This document shows, in pieces, positions 26,258 through 38,730 of a DNA stretch of 64,000 nt. The DNA comes from Octopus vulgaris (lineage: Eukaryota). The notes beneath the pieces were generated by a model, which worked only from the letters and a program-made list of their open reading frames with translations, ran no database searches and was not told the DNA's origin. A program made the translations under genes and the position numbers. Positions within the stretch are counted from its first letter, which is position 1, and each line of letters begins with the position of its first letter. The stretch covers positions 74,214,001 to 74,278,000 of the forward strand of contig OX597827.1 of assembly GCA_951406725.2 (NCBI GenBank), in the 5' to 3' direction.

Positions 26258-29200
26258 TCTCTCTATATATAAACGGCAGTTTGTCTGTGCGTGCTTCTGT
26301 GTGTCTGTTTTCTCGTACCCTCACCCTGACCACGGCTTTCAACCGATTCTGATGAAACTTGACACACACATAGCCCAATGTCATAATTCAAAACTAACGC
26401 AGCGAAAATTTTGAAAAGTTCCCCCAGTTCTGAGAAAAATTGATAAATTCGACATGGGGTCGAGAATCATAAACATGAACCACAGACTGTCTAGGGGACG
26501 CAACTCGAGAATCTAAGCTTTTTTTATGCAACGCATTATCTATGGTAGTTTTCACAACTTGCAATCGATTTTCACCAAACTCATGGTGAAGCTTAATGTT
26601 ACCCTAAGAAACTCAATTCTGACGTTAGTTTTCCATGCAATACCTTACCATCAGAAACAATCGATAAAATCATGCCATTTTGGGAAATCGCGTTCAAATT
26701 CAAGATGACATATTTTCGACAATATCTTTCACAAATTGGCAGGAATCTTTTTTTTCACAACGAGCATCATGTCTGCTCCAAGGAGCTATATAGCCCTTTT
26801 TATTCCAATAGGATACATTATTGGAAAAAATCGGTTAATTTAATCATATGTGGCACACATAGCAAACAAATTTGTGTATTAAACACAAACCAGACTGTCT
26901 AGGGGACGCAACTTGACCTTTTTAGCTATCGATAATTCGATCCAACCAATTCCTACCAGGAAGAAATTACATTCGAGACTTTACCCCCAACACCGCCACT
27001 TCTGCTAATAGCTGCTGCAGCCGCAAGTTATTCGAATACTTTTTTGGTTTAAACTTTCTTTATAACTACCACCCCAAACGTTTTACCTTCAATTTTTGAC
27101 GTACCCTAACGGTCCTCGGACGCTACTTGCAAACTCTTGGTTTATTATAAACCACTTTTGTCGTGTGCATCAAAAAACTTTTCCTTTCGTTTGTTCAGTT
27201 TGATCACTTTTGACTTTTTCGTTGTTGTCACTCACATTGCTGCCAGCTTTTTGGCCGTTTTTGTACATTTTTATACATTTTCGGATACTTACCCCACGAG
27301 CTCCTTTTTATTACACCTTTACCAAACACATTGCTATCCACCAAAATACTTACCCCACGTGTTCCTTTTTATTACACCTTTGCCAAACACATTGCTATCC
27401 ACCAAAATGCCACCCAAGAAGAGAAGGACCCTCCTCAGCCCTCGGACGGCCAAGGCATCGGCTGCTAGGGCTAGAAGGGCACGCGAGACCCACGAGGAAA
27501 CCGCCTTGCGCCTCTCGCAAACAGCTTGCCGTTATGCCGCTGCTCAGGCATCTGAAACTACTAGCGACCGTTCTACCCGACTTGCAAGGGTCGCAGCGTA
27601 CAGATCTTCCCTCCGCTCGAGGTTGACGAAAGAGCAACAGTCCAGCCAAAAAATGCGGGCTTCTTACTGTGCTTCCATCCGCAGAGCTTGCGAGAACCCC
27701 GAACAAAGGGCCATTCGGAATGCGGCTAACGCCACTAGCACTGCCAGGACACGATCTGTCGAAACCTCACAGCAGAGGAGAACTCGCCAAGATGCTGACG
27801 CCGCAAACAAAGCCATGGCCAAAGCTGCCGAAACACCTCAACAGAGGAGAGCTCGCCAAGCTGCTAACGCCGCAAACACAGCTAGGGCTCGATCTGCCGA
27901 AACTCCACACCAACGGACTATTCGGACATCCAGACATGCCATTAACACTGCTTCTGCTAGGGCTTCAGAGGGTGCTGAGGCGAGAGCTGAAAGGCTTTCA
28001 AGGGATGCCACTGCTACCGCTGTCGCACGTGCATCTGAATCTGCTGAGGCACGGTGCACTCGACTTGAGAGTATCAACAAACGTCGGGATATCATTCGTG
28101 GTGTACGTACCCCTGCCCCCGCTTTCTGGTTGTCACTAGCATTCAACTACGACGCCACAATTAACTTCTCCTTGCGTGACGACATCAAGATAGGGTCAAT
28201 GACAATTGTATGCCAGTTTTGCAAAGCCAAGAAATGGCCCGGAGAGCCACCTGGTTTGTGCTGCTCTGGTGGCAAAGTGGACCTGCCACCCCTACGGGAA
28301 CCACCTCAACCACTGAAGGATCTCGCGGCGGGTTTAACCCCCGATTCGTCACAATTCCTTGAAATAATTCGAAAGTACAACTGCTCATTCCAAATGACCT
28401 CTTTCGGGGCCAAAATTCCTCCCAGAGAAGGCTGGATGCCTACTTTCAAAGTGCAGGGACAGGTCTACCATCTTATTGGGTCACTTCTGCCAGACGAGAT
28501 TCAGCAGTCTTCTTTCCTCCAAATATACTTCATTGCCGACTACAACCACCAGGTTGATGCACGCCTTGGAATAATACCGGGTACAAGCTATGTTCCTCGC
28601 AAAGACATTCTTCTCCGTCTCCAAACCATGCTTCATGATATCAACAGCTACGTCTGTCGCTTCAGATATGCCTTGGACAGTGCTCCATCTCCAAACTTCA
28701 CCGTTGTCATTGATGCTGATAAACGACCCCACGGGGAGCACGAACGCCGTTTCAACGCACCTGCGTGCAACGAAATTGCCGCAGTTATACACGGAGAGCA
28801 ACACAACAGCCGTGACATAATCATCTCCTCCCGTGGTAACAACCTACACAGGATCAGCGAGACTCACAGATCTTATGACGCGCTTCAGTATCCATTGCTT
28901 TTCCCTTATGGGGAAGACGGCTACCACTTCGGAATTCCTTTACGGCAGCCCTCCAATCAAACTACTGCGGCATCAAAGACGGTTTCCTGCAGGGCGTTCT
29001 ACTTATACCGGTTCATGGTCAGGGAGGGTGAGTTCAACTTATTGCCCGTTGTCGTCAGCTATTCAACCAGTTCGCCGTCGACATGGCCGCAAAAATGGAA
29101 TCGGAAAGGCTGCTATACATTAAACTTAATCAGACCAAACTTCGCTCCGACTCCTACATTCATCTCCGTGACGGTTTGCAACAAGAAAATGACCCTCGCA

Positions 29201-32200
29201 ACATCGGCAAGCCATGCATTCTACCCTCCACCTTCACGGGAGGACCGCGATATATGCGTGAAAGGACCCAAGACGCCTTGACCTACGTGCGCATTTACGG
29301 CCGGCCGGACCTCTTTATCACCTACACGTGCAATCCCAGCTGCGACGAAATCACTCGCGAACTCCTCCCGGGTCAATCTCACACCCATCGACACGACATC
29401 GTTGCTAGGGTTTTCCGTCTGAATTTGGGCAAAATGAAGGATTTGATAGTTAAGGGTCAGATTTTCGGGCATGTCAGGTGCCACATGTTTTCGGTCGAGT
29501 GGCAAAAGAGGGGCTTGCCACATGCTCACATCTTAATTTGGCTCACTCATAAAATCGAGACTAATGACATTGACAAATTCATTTCCGCCGAGATTCCTGA
29601 CCCCGATGAGGACCCCGGACTCTACGAAATTGTCCGCACTACCATGGTACACGGGCCCTGTGGACCAAATTACGCCAACACACCATGCTACAAAAACGGA
29701 TTAGCCTGCTCAAAGGGATTCCCTAAACGGTTCACTTTGGAGACTCAAACAGGCGGCGATGGGTATCCGCTGTACAAACGAAGGAGTCCAGCCAATGGAG
29801 GCCGCACGATTACGGTTGGGCGACATCAAGTGGACAACAGCTACATTGTCCCCTACTGTCCTCTCCTGTCGAAGATATTCAAAGCCCACGTCAACGTTGA
29901 GTTCTGCAGCTCCATCAGGTCAATACAATATGTCTGCAAATATATCAACAAAGGCAGCGATGCTGCCATGTTCAGCATCCAGAGGACCACCAGTCGCGAC
30001 GAAGTGTCCAACTACTTGGCTGGCCGGTACCTCAGCAGCAACGAAGCGTTTTGGCGCATTTACGGCTTCCCGCTCCATCAGAGACACCCGGCTGTGGTGC
30101 AGCTTGCTGTACACTTGGAAAATGGACAGCGGATTTACTTCACAGAGCAAAGTGCTGTGCAGATAGCCACCAGCCCTAAAGACACAACGTTGACTGGTTT
30201 CTTCAAATTATGCCAACGTGATGACTTCGCTCGAACGCTTTTGTACCCACAGGTCCCATCGTACTTCGTGTGGTCTAAAAACACCTGGGTTCGACGGAAA
30301 TCCGGCAAAAACGTCGAAAGCTTCCCAGGCGTCAAGTTTGACTCCTGCCTGGGTCGAGTTTACAACATCCCGCCAAACCAGCAAGAATGCTTCTACCTCC
30401 GTCTCCTTCTACATGAGGTCACTGGTCCAACAGGTTTCGCCAATATACGTACCGTCAATGGGGTTCTGTGCGACACCTTCAGGGAAGCATGTATGAGACT
30501 TGGCCTTCTAGAGGATGACTCCCAGTGGGACGCCACGATGGCAGAGGGTGCTTTACTGCAAACGCATTCGGCCCTACGACATCTTTTCGCAATCCTTCTT
30601 CAAAAATGTCAGCTTAGTGATCCACTAAGTCTCTGGATGAAATACAGGGATGACATGTCGCACGACTTCTTACGTACGGCTCAGCAACACTGCCCTTCCG
30701 CCGAGATCACGTTCACCAACTTCATTTACAATTTTGCGCTCATTCAACTCGAAGACGCTGTCATCGATATGGGTGGGTCTGCTTTAACAGAGTACGGCCT
30801 TCCACCACCCACACGTGAACACGCCAATGTTATGTCTGCTGAATTGTTACGCGAAACTTCCTACTGCATTGAGGAACTGCACCAGTACGTCCAAGATAAT
30901 GAACCACGGCTGCTTCCAGACCAGCGCATAGCCTACAACACCATCGTAGACTCTGTCAGACAGCAACGTGGGGGGATTTTCTTCCTTGATGCACCCGGCG
31001 GCACTGGCAAAACCTTCGTCACTAAACTAATTCTGGCAGAGGTCAGACGCAACACGGACATTGCCCTGGCTGTAGCTTCTTCTGGTATCGCGGCCACGTT
31101 GCTTCCGGGTGGCAGAACCGCCCACTCTGCCTTCAGACTCCCGCTCGATCTGGCAAAGTCCGAGTCACCTATCTGCAACATCGCCAAGAACTCAGAACAG
31201 GCCGACATTCTGCGCAGATGCAAACTCATCGTATGGGACGAGTGCACTATGGCACACAAAGGCGCCCTTGAGGCACTGGACAGGTCCCTGCAAGACATCA
31301 GAGACTCTACGGCCCCCATGGGAGGATTAACTTTACTTCTTTCAGGAGACTTCAGGCAGACTCTACCTGTTATTCCAAAAGGAACCCGTGCCGATGCCGT
31401 GCGCGCGTGCCTTAAGTCGTCAGCTCTTTGGGCACATGTGCGGCCCTTGCACCTCCAAACTAACATGCGCGCGCAGTTAATTGGTGACAGCGGATCCGCT
31501 GCATTCTCCAGGGACCTCTTATCGCTCGGTGAAAATAGGATGCTGTCTGATGCGGATGGCTACGTTCAATTGGACTCACTTTGCACCATTGTCGACACCC
31601 CTGCTAGCCTCCGGGACGCTGTCTTCCACGACCTACAAAACAATTTACGCGACCTAAAATGGCTGGCAGGCAGAGCTATTCTCGCACCCAAAAATACAAC
31701 CGTCAACTCCATCAATATCCAGCTACTTGAAGCTATTCCTGGTGATGTCCACGTCTACAAATCTATAGATAGGACAGCAGACCCCGCCCAGCTTGCCGAT
31801 TATCCTGTTGAATTCCTGAATTCACTTGAACCGCCAGGCCTGCCACCACACATCCTGAAGTTAAAAGTCGGTGCGCCCATTATGCTCATCAGGAATTTGG
31901 TTCCACCTAAACAGTGCAACGGCACACGTTTGGTTGTGAAACATTTGGCACCACATTTAATAACGGCCACAATACTTACCGGTTGTGGGAAGGGAGAGGA
32001 CGTCTTCATTCCACGGATGCACCTTCAACCGTCGGACGCTGACCTACCAATCCACTTCAGGCGTTCTCAGTTTCCTGTTAAACTCTGCTTCGCAATGTCC
32101 ATCAATAAATCCCAAGGCCAAACGCTACAAGTCGCTGGGTTACATTTGGGCGAACAGTGCTTCGCCCAAGGTCAACTCTACGTGGGCTGTTCACGCGTTG

Positions 32201-32399
32201 GGAGGCGCAATGATGTTTTCATGTTTTCGCCCCAACGGACAGCTAGGAACATCGTATATACAGAAGTATTCCAGTGAAGACAAGACATTGCAACGTCCAC
32301 ATGCACCTTCGTTCCCTGGAGGCAAAGGACTACATTGGGATTAGTCGTTGCCTACTAGGGGCTCTTACATACCCGGGCAACGCCGGGCTATGCTGCTAG
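26258..32399 (+). mobile_element. Near-intact autonomous Helitron
   Basis: 5' TC after A; 3' CTAG before T; GC hairpin CCCGGGCAACGCCGGG at 32372-32387; encodes Rep/Helicase; boundaries confirmed by the empty-site copy at 32641-32661. Confidence 0.95.
27407..32277 (+). CDS. Helitron RepHel transposase (about 1623 aa if one frameshift near 29045 is repaired)
   Basis: MPPKKRR start, 23-aa repeats, zinc motif CQFC..CC, HUH motif EWQKRGLPHAH, YVCKY, PIF1 motifs DAPGGTGKT, DECTM, GDFRQTLP, AMSINKSQGQTL, QLYVGCSRV. The two track ORFs join as FNLL/RCRQLFNQFAVDMAAK. Confidence 0.92.
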
Positions 32400-32409
32400 T
32401 GATATATAT

Positions 32410-32640
32410 TTCTTTACTGTCCACAAGCAGCTAAACATAGAGGGGAAAAACAAGGACAGACAAAGGGATTAAGTCGATTACATCGACCCCAGTGCGAAAC
32501 TGGTACTGTATTTATCGAGCCCGAACGAATGAAATGCAAAGTCGACCTCGGCGAATTTTGAACTCAGAACGTAACGGCAGACGAAATACGGCTACGCATT
32601 TCGCCCGGCGTGCTAACGTTTCTGCCAGCTCGCCGCCTTC
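32410..32640 (-). mobile_element. SINE (second family), full length, with 21-bp TSD
   Basis: AAGGCGGCGAGCTGGCAGAAACGTTAGC head; TSD AAGTATATAAATGATATATAT, whose left copy is split by the Helitron. Confidence 0.9.
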
Positions 32641-32839
32641 AAGTATATAAATGATATATATAAAGTGCATTAAGTAATCATCGTTGTCTAATTTCCTTCA
32701 CTTTTCAATGAAGAGCAGATGAGCAACTATCATTTGATACAGACAAAACACAGTCTACGCTTTCAGGCTTTTGTATAAAGTTTTCGGTAATAACCCAATA
32801 AGTTTACTATTAATTCCATGAAATATTCACGGACCCCAA

Positions 32840-33660
32840 AAATTTGAATTAGTTCACTTCGGAAAAGTGGCTGCACATAAGCTACTATATACTGTTCTCT
32901 TACGTGAAACCTTAGTGGTATCAATCACCGTAAGGACCTCGGAATAACAGTCGATAATAACCTAACATAGAGTGACCACATAAACAACACAACTGACATG
33001 ATCCGTATGTTGTGCTCCTGGATCCTAAGAATTTTCAGGTTCAGAGATGCTCCTACCATTATCATTCTCTTCCCTACCAAACCCCGTCCTCATCTAGAAT
33101 ACCGTTGTGCGCTTTGGTCTCTCGACATGAAAGTAAATATCATAAAAATTGAAGCACCCCAGAGATCAATCAAAGAAAAAGCAAGACATGTCAGGGCTTG
33201 AATACTGGGATCAGCTCCAGAAACACACACTTTACACCCTCCAACTTCACCATGAGCGCTATATCTTTCGTATAATGTGGAAAATATTCCAATATTGTTC
33301 AAACAGTGTTGTTATCAACTGTAAAGTTCACCCTAGACTTGGACCCAATGCCATTCGCCCTCTACAAAAATCGTCCTCGCGATTACAACACTAAGACAGA
33401 AGCACTTCACCTCCACTGGCCCTGCTTTCTTTAACATCATGCCAAGACACATAAAAGAAGAAAAAGATCTCATGTTATTCAGGCATTTCCCGGATGAATA
33501 TCCCGAACAAATTCCAGATAAATCAAGTACACCCGGATAAATCTCTGCCAACAATAACTCTTTACTCGCATGGGCTATGGTGCCCAAAACATGATTGTAA
33601 CATGAAGCATGATTAAATGTTTTATTAGTGCTGCTACTAAGTTAGTCATGGCCAGGGTTT
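32840..33660 (+). mobile_element. CR1/L2-like LINE, 3' part continuing the element broken at 25025
   Basis: Resumes KFELVHFGK, then KDLGITVDNNL, RPHLEY, LEYWDQL. Confidence 0.8.
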
Positions 33661-33723
33661 ATTCTGAGCGAAAGTCATTTAAGTATCTAAGTACCCGCAT
33701 ACCCTGAACAAATATGTACTTAC

Positions 33724-33870
33724 CATATGTTCGCTTGTCACACTTCTCTCCATACCATCCATCTTCGCAGTCATCACGTTTACACTTTCCAGTAATTTGG
33801 TGACATGATTCCGCTCCAGAACAATGACATTCATTGATACAGTCTTTACCATACAATTGTGGTGGACATC
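33724..33870 (-). CDS. Host gene exon: EGF-like (MEGF/laminin-type) module
   Basis: tttAG acceptor, GTAAG donor; 147 nt, phase 1-1; GCPPQLYGKDCINECHCSGAESCHQITGKCKRDDCEDGWYGEKCDKRTY. Confidence 0.9.
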
Positions 33871-34146
33871 CTAAATTGATAACATCGAAACAGTTTCTTT
33901 GTAAATGAACATTAAAATAAAACAGTTATTGAATATAACATTCAATCTTACAAGATCTCACATATAATCAACAAGAGATTCTATGTTTCAAGAGTATCTC
34001 TTGATATAGAATCTCTTGATGTAGCTAACAAGAGATACTATATATCACATTTACAATCTTAAAATTGCAGAAATTCGCGCACATATAAGAAATCAAAAAT
34101 TATGCGATTCCTGTATATGTAGACGCTACATAAGTTACAGTTGAGA

Positions 34147-34312
34147 CACTAGCGTATCCAGAGTGTGTGCCGCCCGGGGAGGCCCTTCCGTTTGCCGCCC
34201 CGGACCCCACAAAAGCACATATTGCCTTTAGCAGACTCAAAAGTAATGCTCCTTTATAAGTGCTGCCAGTAGCGGACCACCCCTATACCCCCCAACCGTA
34301 GCTACGCTAATG
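34147..34312. mobile_element. hAT-like MITE
   Basis: TIR CACTAGCGTA / TACGCTAATG; 8-bp flanks AGTTGAGA / AGTTCAGG. Confidence 0.6.
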
Positions 34313-34589
34313 AGTTCAGGACACTTTAAAGCATCATAGCCGAGATGAGAGACTTAAAAGGATTATATCAAACAAAAATCAACAGTATGTTAACATTGCA
34401 GTTTTAAGTTACGGGCACACTGGGCAGTTGTGTGGAGGCCTCTTATTTCTAGGGGCCCAATTACGATGTATATATCATGTGTCTTCCTGTGAGTAATCAA
34501 ATATTATAGGCACTAGTTCAATGACTTGCTCGGAGCGAGGGCTACACTGCTACTAAGGTGTGCTAAGGTCGTGCATGTATGTATAATAA

Positions 34590-35090
34590 ATAATATATTT
34601 ATTTTTCGATTTGAAGCCACAAATTTTAAATATAAACAAATGACCGAAAAATGACGAGCTAGCCACAGGCTGAATCGAACCCACAAATCGACACTTACAC
34701 GGCTCCTTGCAAATTCGATTGGCCAAGCGCTCACCCGTCAATTTCAGTGAAATTTAGTTAATTTATACTTAAACCGTTTAATACTGCATATAATATTTTT
34801 GTAAACAAACCTGAAAGGTATTTTAAGTTAAGCCTAGAAAGCTACAATGTAAGACTCATAGTATAATAATAACTGTATAATAATATATCATAATATTTAC
34901 TCTTCAATTTGAAGCGACAATATTTAAATATAAGCAAATACCCGAAAAATGATGAGTTAACTTCAGTCTGAATCAAACCCACATATCAACGCTTACTCGT
35001 CTCCTTGCAAGTCCGATTGGCCAAACGCTCACCCATCAATTTCTGTCAAATTTAGTTAATATATACTTAAACTGTCTAATACTACATATA
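34590..35090. repeat. Diverged direct duplication of about 200 bp at about 300-bp spacing
   Basis: 34590-34790 aligns with 34890-35090. Confidence 0.8.
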
Positions 35091-35340
35091 CATATATACA
35101 TTTAGATAAAAATACTAATACTATATACATAAATATTTAGATAAAAATAGTTATTGCCGGTTTACAGGGTTACCCAAGGTGTCGCATCCATGAAGTGCTT
35201 AGCTTTACTGTGTCTCTAGTCCCTAATTCACGAAAACCACTTAGTCTACGGAAAATATGGGACATAATTATATTTATCTAAATACTCCTCTACTCTGTAA
35301 CTTATTGTGTGCTTCTCTGTCGTATTTGTGATTTGCTGAT

Positions 35341-35387
<47 letters not shown>

Positions 35388-35390
<3 letters not shown>

Positions 35391-36340
35391 AGGTAGATCA
35401 GAAAGAGCACAACAAACGGAAACCGTCAAAACACAACATGCGGGAAAAGGACGATAGCACGACAACGGTAAACAGGACAAACAAGACACAGGGGGCATTC
35501 GCAGCCAAATTGTCTCTTCAGTTGGAGTCCGGAATGTCTGCGTAGTTTCGCTGACTTACCTCCGATATTACTCGAAACCGGCTGGGCCAGAGAGTTAAGC
35601 TAAAAACATTAAGCCTCTGGGAAAGGCAACGAATGTACATATATGAAAATAAATATGTAAATAACGGAAAGGTTCTTTCGGCTATCGGACGAACGTAAAA
35701 TATGAAACATGAAATATATACAATGGTCAAACGCCTTTCGACTATGCAACAAAATAAAAATATTTGTAGAATTACAACAAAAATAAGACGAAACAAAAAG
35801 GGCCTTTCGACCATCGACCGAATGTAATGAGCTAGTGCAAGGAAAGAAGAAATGGAAAAATCTTAACTGGGTGGGCTGCAGAACAGAACAGAACAGACGG
35901 GCGCAACCGACCTCAAAGGCGGCCGGTCGAAAAAGGACGACAACGCCTGAAGCGGACAGCGTTTACGTGGTAGAAGAGGGGAGGAGTTCAAGAGGGCAGA
36001 GTGACTAAGGAATAGGAGAGAGGGGAAAGAAATTAGAAGGACGAAAGAATGAAAGGGAGGGAGAGAGAAAAAGGTATAGCGGAGGTAAGAGGATGAGAGT
36101 CGTACATGATATTCAAAGGGTATCTTTTTTACAATGTATACAGCTGCACGTAACACTGCTTGGATAAATCTAAGGTAGCCCAGAAAGAACACAACAAACG
36201 GAAACCGACAAAATGCAACATGCGGGGCAAAGAACGATGGCACGACAACAGCAAACAGGACAAAGCAAGATACTGGGATCATTTGCAGCTAAATTGCCTC
36301 TTCATTCGGAGTCCGGAATGTCTGTGTAGTTTCGCCCATT
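35388..36340 (-). mobile_element. Element with about 160-bp direct terminal repeats, between (TA)n tracts (Penelope pLTR-like)
   Basis: 35390-35550 resembles 36170-36335; related sequence at 57950-58400 and 62860-63030. Confidence 0.55.
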
Positions 36341-36392
36341 TATATCCTATGTGTGTATATATATATATATATAATATTAATTAGAGACAATG

Positions 36393-36424
<32 letters not shown>

Positions 36425-36469
36425 TACAGAATACATATATTTATTTAAGAGAATATGTGTTTGAGAATA

Positions 36470-36727
36470 TGCGATCGTAGGATCGCAGTTTCGATTCCCT
36501 GACCGGGCGTTGTAAGTGTTTATTGAGCGAAAACACCTAAAGCTCCACGAGGCTACGGCAGGGGGTGATGGCGATCCCTGCTTTACTTTTTCGCCACAAC
36601 TTTCTCTCACTCTTTCTTCTGCAGGCCATCTCGCTTAGCCAGCGGGATGGCATCATTTGAGGTGCATTGTGACCAGCGATGTGAGGCAACATCTGATAGC
36701 CTGGTCGCTGACGGTGATCACGGTGAT
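36470..36727 (+). mobile_element. SINE fragment (third family)
   Basis: B-box-like GTTTCGATTCCC followed by a GC-richer body and a short repeated tail. Confidence 0.55.
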
Positions 36728-38633
36728 ATATATAATGTAATATAATATAGTATAAGAAATGCGAAAACTCATTTCTGTGTGTTAGTTTGTCACACTTCGC
36801 CCACTCCAACTCTCACTATTCATTAACACTTCTTCTATTGCTCATACTGGAGTGAGAGTAATAGTAGGCATAGAGAGGCTGAGGACGGTGGCGAAGACAG
36901 AGAGAAACAGACAGACAGAAATAGAAAAAGAGAGGTGAGAAAGAAGTCAAAGAAATTTAGGAAGTGTTCATGATTTTATTAAAAGTAGTAGTGTTGATGG
37001 TGGCAGTTGAAGAGAGAGAGAGAAAGAGTGGCCATGTGAGAGAAAGAGAGACTGAACACTGAAGAAACATGCTAAACGGTGTGTCTATGGCAGATATGGT
37101 GGTGATGGTTGTGGTACTGTTGTTTATCATGCAGCTTTGCAACAAGTTTCAAGTCGACAACTTATATCACTTATATCATTGTTTTGATGAAAATTCTTCA
37201 AGTTAATTAAAATTTAATATGTAATCAATGTATGAAGCGAATTTGTTGGCATAGTCATGCATCCATGCATGCATACGTACATACATGAAATATATATACA
37301 TATATATATATATGTTCGTCACAAAGCCTTGCAAAGCTAAGTAATCTATTTCTATTTAAGATTTTAAAATTTTTAAATTTAAAATATTTTAATAAGTCTT
37401 ATTGTATAATTTGGTATTATATATAAATACTGATTGGTATGTAATGATTCAGTTATCGAAGTTTGTATATAATTATTAGATTTTTAACTCTACGTTTATT
37501 TGTAAGACTTTACTTAGCCAAAGAGATATATAGATCGTAAATGGTAATACGATATTTTAAAGTTAGGTTTCATGTCTATACATTTATTGATACCATAAAT
37601 TTTAGTCTTTAATCACTATATTTGTTGATAGTTATTTAGTTATTATTTTTGAATATTTTATAATTATTAGATGTGTACATAAAACTAATATATAAATAAC
37701 GATTTTTTAGTTGAATAATTTGGTAATTAAATCTTTGGACTATAACTGAGTTAAGGATATTTGTGAGTTTATTATATTTTTTTAAGCTATTTTATATATT
37801 CATAAATATCTCTAATGGTTGACTTTGTTCTATTATACCTTTTATATAGCTGTTTTCAATTGACTATTTGTAGCAGTGTTTTTCATTGATAAATATATTC
37901 GTAGTATTTATTGGATACTATATAACTACGGATTGATAATTTCATTGTATAAGTATTTAGTTGTTGAAGATATGTATTTCATTATTTCATTATTAGTTCT
38001 TAACTATACGGTTTTGTAAGTTATTAATTAGCCAACGAGATATATGGATCGTTAAATAGTTATAAGGTTCTCTTAAGATAGTTTATTTGTTTACAATTTG
38101 CTTTTTCATCTTTAATATTTTAATTTTTAATATATTTCATAAGTAATAATGAATAATTAATTTATTTAGTTTTTTAATATTGTATATATATTTCTTGATA
38201 GAGATAATTTCAGATCTTAATTCTTATATTTATATATATTTATATATATTTATTGGTAATTTAGTTATAATTCAAATATTTTATAATTATTTGATTTGAA
38301 CTTAATTTAATAATATGAATAGTGATTATTTTTTGATTATTTTTTTTGTTAAATAATTAGGTAATTTGATATTGACTATAACTGAGATTAGGTTATTCGT
38401 GAGTTTATTATGTTTTTAAAGCCATATTATATCTGAATAGATAAATACATTTTCTATCTATTCTTACCTTAAAATCTAATATTTAGCATTATAATTAGAT
38501 TGTATGACATAATCATAATCGTTAAAGTTTCTAGTTTGATATTAGAGTTTTTTATAAGAAAAATTATTATTTTATTTATTTCTTTAAAAAATATTGTTTA
38601 AATATATTTGCTTATTTATTTAACTATTATCTT

Positions 38634-38730
38634 TAACCTGAAGATTGACTACAACCATAATTCGAATTATTAATGGAATTTAAATTATTGTAATTCGAAT
38701 TAGGTTATGGGCACGAAACGTACGTAGTGG
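38634..38730 (+). ncRNA. Hammerhead-like motif with long stem II
   Basis: CUGAAGA at 38638, about 70-nt hairpin (AACC-a-TAATTCGAATTA...TAATTCGAATTA-GGTT), GAAA CG-ua-CG UA; stem I is weak. Confidence 0.55.

Noticed and set aside
27137-27406. N-terminal 90 aa of the 714-aa track ORF (hydrophobic, membrane-like)
   Set aside because: It begins at a non-ATG codon and includes the translated 61-bp duplication; the ATG at 27407 (MPPKKRR) is the plausible start.
29041-29281. Two separate overlapping Helitron genes, or programmed frameshifting
   Set aside because: Rep-type sequence continues seamlessly across frames and no slippery heptamer is visible; a 1-bp deletion or assembly error is simpler.
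35490-35560. Hammerhead in the direct-repeat element (CTGAAGA/CTGATGA here and near 58110)
   Set aside because: I could not build consistent stems or an NUH site; the motif alone is insufficient.
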